Position numbers and translations under genes: made by a program
In this document: piece after piece, positions 7,888-11,991 of the stretch
How the letters are laid out: each line of letters opens with the position of its first letter
Numbering within the stretch: position 1 is the stretch's first letter
The notes under the pieces: generated by a model
What the model saw: the letters and a program-made list of their open reading frames with translations, nothing else
What the model was told of the DNA's origin: nothing
Database searches by the model: none
NCBI GenBank assembly: GCA_964344235.1
Contig: CAYFMJ010000001.1
Span: 371,529-395,528, forward strand
Length of the DNA stretch: 24,000 bases
Origin: an uncultured Methanosarcinales archaeon
GTDB taxonomy: Archaea; Nanobdellota; Nanobdellia; Woesearchaeales; GW2011-AR9
Direction: 5' to 3'

Positions 7888-8031
7888 AAATTGTCCCCCC
7901 TCTTTTTTTTGTTTTTAGGAACTCCCCCGTTAAAGTTTTAGTGTTAATCATAGTTTTAGTTCTTAGAAAGGCGCCAGTTAAGATTGTTTAATTTAGCGTT
8001 AGCGTAGTATCCAAAATAGGTAGTTCAAAAA
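7888..8031 (+). repeat. Cassette 1 right inverted-repeat arm
   Basis: These are exact reverse complements of the left-arm blocks in mirrored order: aaattgtcccccc 7888-7900, ggaactccccc 7918-7928, agtgttaatc 7940-7949, ggcgccagt 7970-7978, ggtagttcaaaaa 8019-8031. Confidence 0.85.
7901..7916 (+). terminator. Oligo-T archaeal terminator candidate
   Basis: tcTTTTTTTTgTTTTT lies immediately after the stop at 7887. Archaeal termination typically uses T-runs on the coding strand. Confidence 0.5.
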
Positions 8032-8090
8032 TTGGGCATATACGATGTTATGTGCCCCCGACTTCACGTCGGGGTGCGTAACGACCGAAG
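8026..8090 (+). repeat. Linker module copy B
   Basis: Sequence: caaaaattgggcatataCGATGTTATGtgccCCCGACttcacGTCGGGgtGCGTAACGACCGAAG. Positions 8047-8082 fold as one 15-bp hairpin (4 G-U pairs, C8059 bulged, loop 8063-8067). Confidence 0.8.
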
Positions 8091-8103
8091 GGAGTGGAGC
8101 AAG

Positions 8104-8165
8104 TATTTGAGTTGCGTCATAGAAAGGGGCTTGGCATAGTTTTGGTTTTTAGAGGGGCTTAAGTT
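8104..8165 (+). repeat. Cassette 2 left inverted-repeat arm
   Basis: Blocks: tatttgagttgc 8104-8115, ggggcttggc 8126-8135, agaggggcttaagtt 8151-8165. Confidence 0.85.
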
Positions 8166-8501
8166 TTACTTTTTGAAAATGTTTACTAAAGAATCCTGAA
8201 TCTCTTTGATTTTGTTTTCTTTCAAAGTGCCAATTTTTGAAGAAATGATTGAAACATCGGCAGTGAAAAGCTTGTTTGGTCTTACAAGACTTGATACTGT
8301 CAATTTTCCAGTTTGAAAATTTTCTGTTTCAAGAGGAACTGCATATTCATCGCTACGAGCAGAAGCAGTTGTTATCTGTGCAAGAATTAAATCGTCACCT
8401 GTGAGATTTGCCACCACTACTGCTGGTCGTTTCCGTGATGAACTTAGATCAGAGAAAGGAAAAAGAAGAACAACGACATCTCCTCTTACAAGTGTTTCCA
8501 T
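8166..8501 (-). CDS. mazF: PemK/MazF-family type II toxin (endoribonuclease)
   Basis: 111 aa. RGDVVVLLFPFSDLSSSRKRPAVVVANLTGDDLILAQITT matches the MazF/PemK N-terminal SH3-like signature. It overlaps the upstream antitoxin gene by 16 nt. Confidence 0.85.
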   Translation of the reverse strand: METLVRGDVVVLLFPFSDLSSSRKRPAVVVANLTGDDLILAQITTASARSDEYAVPLETENFQTGKLTVSSLVRPNKLFTADVSIISSKIGTLKENKIKEIQDSLVNIFKK

Positions 8502-8734
8502 GCTTCATCCTCCTCTTTAGTAAGCCAATCTTTTGCTAAAGATTTTTCACTGGCTAAAGCTGGAAACATTTTTTCATTGAATTGTTTTAACGGTCGTAGT
8601 TCTACTTTATTATCAAAGGCTAAAATTGCTACTTTTGTTCCCTCTTTGAATCCCTCAAGTTTTCTAATGTTTTTTGGGATAGCAATTTGACCTTTCTCTG
8701 TTACAGTTGCAGTTCTCATTTCGATTAATGGCAT
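8486..8734 (-). CDS. mazE: AbrB/MazE/SpoVT-family antitoxin
   Basis: It carries the swapped-hairpin motif TVTEKGQIAIPKNIRKLEGFKEGTKVAILAFDNKVELRPL. I prefer ATG at 8732-8734 (SD aggtga 5-6 nt upstream) over the GTG at 8743 used in the track. Confidence 0.8.
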   Translation of the reverse strand: MPLIEMRTATVTEKGQIAIPKNIRKLEGFKEGTKVAILAFDNKVELRPLKQFNEKMFPALASEKSLAKDWLTKEEDEAWKHL

Positions 8735-8742
8735 TTTGATCA

Positions 8743-8768
8743 CCTACTTAGTAATTCTTACAAGTAGG
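8743..8768. promoter_or_regulatory. Palindrome at the mazE 5' end (candidate autoregulatory operator)
   Basis: In cctacttagtaattcttacaagtagg, cctactt (8743-8749) pairs with aagtagg (8762-8768). It overlaps the SD complement tcacct (8740-8745). Confidence 0.4.
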
Positions 8769-8896
8769 ATAAGTAAGAAATATATAAATTTTTCTGTATT
8801 TATGTTGTTACTAAATGATGAATAAATCAAGGAAAGATTTATAAATGATTAGCCGTTTCTAAGACTATAATCATTAAAATCAAGAGGTCAATAAAA

Positions 8897-9199
8897 ATGT
8901 CAGAAAATAAATTAGTATTTGCTCGTGCATATTGGATGAATAGTCCATTTGAAGAAGGACAAGCAGGATTCTTTGTAGGAGATCCAAGTAATCCATCTAA
9001 AGGATCATATGAAGGTAACAATAATTTAAGGTTTGCTGTTGCTAAAGTTGCTGAAAGAAGTTCTGAATTATCTACAACTGTTGATACAGAATTTGAAGGT
9101 CTAGCAAGAGATGGCAAAATGACTTTATTGTTGCAACCAATTGAGCAAGATACTGCTAAATACAAAAGTGTTGATGAATTAGCACGCATGTATCTTTAA
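8897..9199 (+). CDS. Hypothetical protein (100 aa)
   Basis: The ORF has an SD-like agaggt 9 nt upstream and is divergent from mazEF. No family is recognised. Confidence 0.6.
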   Translation: MSENKLVFARAYWMNSPFEEGQAGFFVGDPSNPSKGSYEGNNNLRFAVAKVAERSSELSTTVDTEFEGLARDGKMTLLLQPIEQDTAKYKSVDELARMYL

Positions 9200-9204
9200 A
9201 ATTA

Positions 9205-9216
9205 TTTTTTCTTTTT
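9205..9216 (+). terminator. Oligo-T terminator candidate
   Basis: TTTTTTcTTTTT lies directly after stop 9199. Further T5 runs are at 9231-9235 and 9237-9240. Confidence 0.45.
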
Positions 9217-9347
9217 AACTTAAGCCCCTCTTTTTCTTTTTACATTTTAGTTTTTAACATAGAGCCAAGCCCCATCAATAATAGAATTTCTGCATTCAGT
9301 TTATAGTCAGTAAACAGAAGCAGAGTAAACATCAAGCAACTCAAATA
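9217..9347 (+). repeat. Cassette 2 right inverted-repeat arm
   Basis: These are exact reverse complements of the left-arm blocks in mirrored order: aacttaagcccctct 9217-9231, gccaagcccc 9264-9273, gcaactcaaata 9336-9347. Confidence 0.85.
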
Positions 9348-9409
9348 TTGCACATAACGATGTTATGTTGTGGGAGGTTCATCCTCCCAGCCGAGCGTTA
9401 GCGAGGAAG
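9342..9409 (+). repeat. Linker module copy C
   Basis: Sequence: caaatattgcacataaCGATGTTATGttgtGGGAGGttcatCCTCCCagccGAGCGTTAGCGAGGAAG. The 10-mer cgatgttatg (9358-9367) is identical to 8043-8052. The hairpin is 9372-9377/9383-9388. Confidence 0.8.
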
Positions 9410-9443
9410 TTTAGAAATCAGGAACAAGCTTTACCCCCGCCAT
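9410..9443 (+). repeat. Cassette 3 left inverted-repeat arm
   Basis: Blocks: tttagaaatcaggaa 9410-9424 and ttacccccgccat 9431-9443. Confidence 0.7.
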
Positions 9444-9485
9444 TGTAGAATTTCACTGCCATACTCATCTTTTACTATTTTTTAG

Positions 9486-9499
9486 TAATATTTTTAAAG
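9486..9499 (+). promoter_or_regulatory. TATA-box-like element
   Basis: taatatttttaaag is centred about 29 nt upstream of ATG 9522. Confidence 0.4.
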
Positions 9500-9521
9500 A
9501 AAGAGGTTTCTCATACTATTT

Positions 9522-10040
9522 ATGCAACAATTACTAACATACAGAGAATTTCCATTTGATCATTCATTATTTTTGGATAAAGGTATTAATGCAGGAGATT
9601 TGCATGTTACTCTTTATGATGAAATGGGTTGTACTCAAGATGGTGACCAAAAGTTAAGTGAAGTAAATAGAAGAGTTCATAATGCTGCTGTAAGAAGTTT
9701 AGTTGGTAAATTTGCTGGTGATTTAGGACAAAGAGTTTCTTTTGGTGTTTCTAGATTTTTAAAAAAAAGTAAACGTGCTAGTCCTGATTATTCATTAAGT
9801 GAAGTTGCAGATGTTCTTGTTGGAGCAGGAGCGTATGAATCAAGAGAAGCAGCATTAGAACATTTACCTGAATTTTTAGGAACCTCTTTAAGGACTGATG
9901 GAAAACGAAAATATGCTAACTCAATGTGGACGGGAGTACAAACTAGTTTAGATATTGAAGTAAAAGATGAGTGGCATTGGTTTGGAAGAATAGATTCTGA
10001 TAGTGGTGAACAGAAGGTATATTTACATAAGCAAAAATAA
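9522..10040 (+). CDS. Hypothetical protein (172 aa)
   Basis: This is the only long ORF of cassette 3. No family is recognised. Confidence 0.6.
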   Translation: MQQLLTYREFPFDHSLFLDKGINAGDLHVTLYDEMGCTQDGDQKLSEVNRRVHNAAVRSLVGKFAGDLGQRVSFGVSRFLKKSKRASPDYSLSEVADVLVGAGAYESREAALEHLPEFLGTSLRTDGKRKYANSMWTGVQTSLDIEVKDEWHWFGRIDSDSGEQKVYLHKQK

Positions 10041-10044
10041 TTTT

Positions 10045-10091
10045 ATGGTGGGGGTTATTCAAGTTCTACGTCCTAATTCCTGATCTCTAAA
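10045..10091 (+). repeat. Cassette 3 right inverted-repeat arm
   Basis: atggtgggggtta 10045-10057 pairs with 9431-9443 (11 Watson-Crick pairs, 1 G-T, 1 mismatch). ttcctgatctctaaa 10077-10091 is the reverse complement of 9410-9424 at 14/15. The order is nested. Confidence 0.7.
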
Positions 10092-10156
10092 TTCAACATA
10101 CGGACTACTTAAGTGCACTTTGGGCTTAAGTAGTGAAATTCTTTGAATTCAAAGCC

Positions 10157-10250
10157 TCTACTCAATCCCATAACGCAAAAAACTGTTACTACTTTGCATG
10201 GAAATGTCTCACTACCCACTCGACAACCACGGGTAGAGTATATAAACGAG
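10157..10250 (+). repeat. Degenerate fourth linker-like module at the right edge of the array
   Basis: ctcaatcccataacg (compare ctcaaatattgcacataacg in copy C) ...gttac... is followed by the GC-hexamer hairpin ctaccc 10212-10217 / gggtag 10231-10236. The similarity to copies A-C is weak. Confidence 0.3.
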
Positions 10251-10281
10251 TTTCTTCACTAAGAATGTCGAGGTGATAGAA

Positions 10282-10407
10282 ATGAAAATGAAATTATTTC
10301 GGCGCGGTAAGTTGGTTGGTTTAGTGACTCCTAGTTTTTATATGGGGGAAGTGGAAAAAGAACGATTGATTTGGGATGATATTGATTTACCGTATCTTGA
10401 GGCGTGA
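10282..10407 (+). CDS. Small ORF (41 aa), hypothetical
   Basis: ATG is preceded by a strong SD gaggtga (10270-10276). Sequence: MKMKLFRRGKLVGLVTPSFYMGEVEKERLIWDDIDLPYLEA. It is below the 60-aa track cutoff. Confidence 0.35.
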   Translation: MKMKLFRRGKLVGLVTPSFYMGEVEKERLIWDDIDLPYLEA

Positions 10408-10444
10408 GTAAGATTTATAACCTCTTATTCTTTTCTTTTTATTG

Positions 10445-11008
10445 ATGAAAAAGAAGGTGACGAAGAGAACAGTTCGTAGGAAAGTTGTGAAGCGTAAGCC
10501 TGCTGCAAAAAGAGCTACGAGAAGAAAGAAAGTTGTTAGGAAACCGGTTCGGAAAAAGACAGTGAAGCGATCTGTTAAAAGAAAGCCCGTAAAGAAGAGA
10601 GCTGTGAAACGAAAAGTTCTTCACAAAAAACCGCCACAGAAAAGACGTGCGAGAGGATATATTCCGTTCGATGTTCTTGTCGATAAATTACAGCATTCTA
10701 AGAAGAAACAGAGTGTGCTTGATGTGACTGATTATTCTAAAGCCGTGAAGACTGTAAAGATGAAAGAATCGAAGGATTACATCCCAGTTTCACAGTTAGC
10801 AAAGCGGTTTGAGAAGAAACGAACACCAGAGTCGTATCGAAAGGAAATTAAGAAAAAGATGCGGAAAGGTTTATTGCATCGGATTAAAGATAAAGTGAAA
10901 AGAAAGAAGCCAGTTAAACGGCGAGTTGTGAAAAAGAAGAAAACTGTTTCCAAAAGAAAATCTGTTAAGGGAAAAGTAACGAAGAAAAAACCACGTAAGA
11001 AAAGATAA
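10445..11008 (+). CDS. Extremely Lys/Arg-rich protein, probable nucleic-acid-binding
   Basis: Both termini are KRK/VKRKP-type repeats. The centre has two copies of a [GD]-Y-I-P-x3-L motif ending in a K/R run (GYIPFDVLVDKLQHSKKK; DYIPVSQLAKRFEKKR). TATA atttataa (10413-10420) lies about 28 nt upstream of ATG 10445; the track start 10442 is TTG. Confidence 0.75.
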   Translation: MKKKVTKRTVRRKVVKRKPAAKRATRRKKVVRKPVRKKTVKRSVKRKPVKKRAVKRKVLHKKPPQKRRARGYIPFDVLVDKLQHSKKKQSVLDVTDYSKAVKTVKMKESKDYIPVSQLAKRFEKKRTPESYRKEIKKKMRKGLLHRIKDKVKRKKPVKRRVVKKKKTVSKRKSVKGKVTKKKPRKKR

Positions 11009-11121
11009 TGCTCCCGCGAGGACTTTCATTCACGTTTGTGATTTTGAACCCCGGATTTCTAGGTCCGCAACCTAGCGTCCTATTTGCACTCTTTGAGAGA
11101 TCCATGCTAGACGATGGGAGC
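11009..11121 (-). tRNA. tRNA-Arg(GCG) with two non-canonical introns (D-loop and T-loop)
   Basis: The reverse complement reads GCTCCCA TC GTCT AGCATGGAT[18 nt]A GGAC G CTAGG TTGCGGA CCTAG AAATC CGGGG TTCAAA[20 nt]T CCTCG CGGGAGC A. Removing plus-strand 11082-11099 and 11023-11042 gives a 75-nt cloverleaf with a TTCAAAT T-loop. There is one A7-C66 mismatch and no CCA. Confidence 0.7.
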
Positions 11122-11154
11122 ACTAACGGTTCGAGAAGGAGTTATTTTAAAAAT

Positions 11155-11940
11155 TTATTGGCGCTTCGCAATATCGGCCCCACCAGCAGGTAAGAATTTA
11201 ATGATATCATTTAAGTCTCCACCTTTCAATTTTGCTTTAATCTTTTTTGCTAATGCGGATTTTTTATTTCTTCCTGGAATGACAACGATGTAATTCTTTG
11301 TTTTTGTTTTAATTGCATTTAGCGGTCCTCCAATAATTTCTTCGTTTAATAGACCAATAGTGTATTGGGCTTTTGGGTGGAAGTATTGCGTTTTTCCATA
11401 CACCATGAATGCGCCTTTAGGAAGATTTTCTCCGGCTTGCGCTTCTTTCGTCACCTGTTCTGGTTTTACATAGAAAACGTCCGCAGTGGTATGGCCGAGT
11501 TTCCATGCTCTTGAATATGCTGCAACAGCTTGCGCGGCTTCCTGAATTGTTGTTTCAGTTGCTGCTTGTCCGTTTTTGATAATGAAGAAGGGGGAACCTG
11601 CCATGTCGGTGTGTAGGACTAGGTCGTCTTTCTCCATATGTTTTTTTACGATGATTTCGTTTGATGTTGCGTCTTTTCCTCCAATACAAAGAAAATCTTC
11701 AGAAGAGATAAACCAATGAAATTTTTCATACCACTCTTGTTTTCTCTGACGCTTCGCTTCCTTCTTCTCTTCCTCTTCCCAGAAAGTTGATTCTTGCTGT
11801 TTGAGAGTTTTAAGCTTATGTTGGCTGTCTCGCAGTGCTTTCTGTGCTCCTTCAAGTTTCTTTCTCGCTTTTTTTGCAAGGTTGAAGTATGTGCCAGCAT
11901 TTTCATCTACTGATTTTGTGAGGTCGAATTCTATTTGCAT
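11155..11940 (-). CDS. NFACT-R (DUF814) domain protein, Rqc2/NEMF-related, lacking the NFACT-N domain
   Basis: A coiled-coil is followed by FHWFISSEDFLCIGGKDATSNEIIVKKHMEKDDLVLHTDMAGSPFFIIKNG, the DUF814 signature. I chose the start at internal ATG 11938-11940 (MQIEFDL...) because the longer track ORF would run through the neighbouring gene and its promoter. Confidence 0.8.
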   Translation of the reverse strand: MQIEFDLTKSVDENAGTYFNLAKKARKKLEGAQKALRDSQHKLKTLKQQESTFWEEEEKKEAKRQRKQEWYEKFHWFISSEDFLCIGGKDATSNEIIVKKHMEKDDLVLHTDMAGSPFFIIKNGQAATETTIQEAAQAVAAYSRAWKLGHTTADVFYVKPEQVTKEAQAGENLPKGAFMVYGKTQYFHPKAQYTIGLLNEEIIGGPLNAIKTKTKNYIVVIPGRNKKSALAKKIKAKLKGGDLNDIIKFLPAGGADIAKRQ

Positions 11941-11961
11941 GGGTGTAGGAAGAAGGGAATG

Positions 11962-11973
11962 CTTATAAAAATA
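11962..11973 (+). promoter_or_regulatory. TATA-box-like element
   Basis: cttataaaaata is centred about 25 nt upstream of ATG 11992. Confidence 0.5.
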
Positions 11974-11991
11974 GTGCTGAATGACTCGTAG

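Noticed and set aside
5825-9389. Linker hairpins read as anticodon arms of suppressor tRNAs (7-nt loops cTTTAcg, cTTCAcg and gTTCAtc would give UUA/UCA anticodons)
   Set aside because: No acceptor, D or T arms can be built around them, position 37 would be a pyrimidine in all three, and the stems are 6-7 bp rather than 5 bp.
5815-9409. Canonical integron attC sites in the linkers
   Set aside because: attC runs 5'-RYYYAAC ... GTTRRRY-3' with both arms downstream of one ORF. Here the conserved hairpin runs 5'-GTTATG ... CGTAAC-3' (the same on either strand), and GTTATG also fails GTTRRRY at one position. The long arms are split across the cargo. I therefore report it as integron-like, not as attC.
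11008-11193. Track ORF 11008..11193(+) (61 aa)
   Set aside because: It is antisense to and fully explained by the tRNA-Arg gene (11009-11121).
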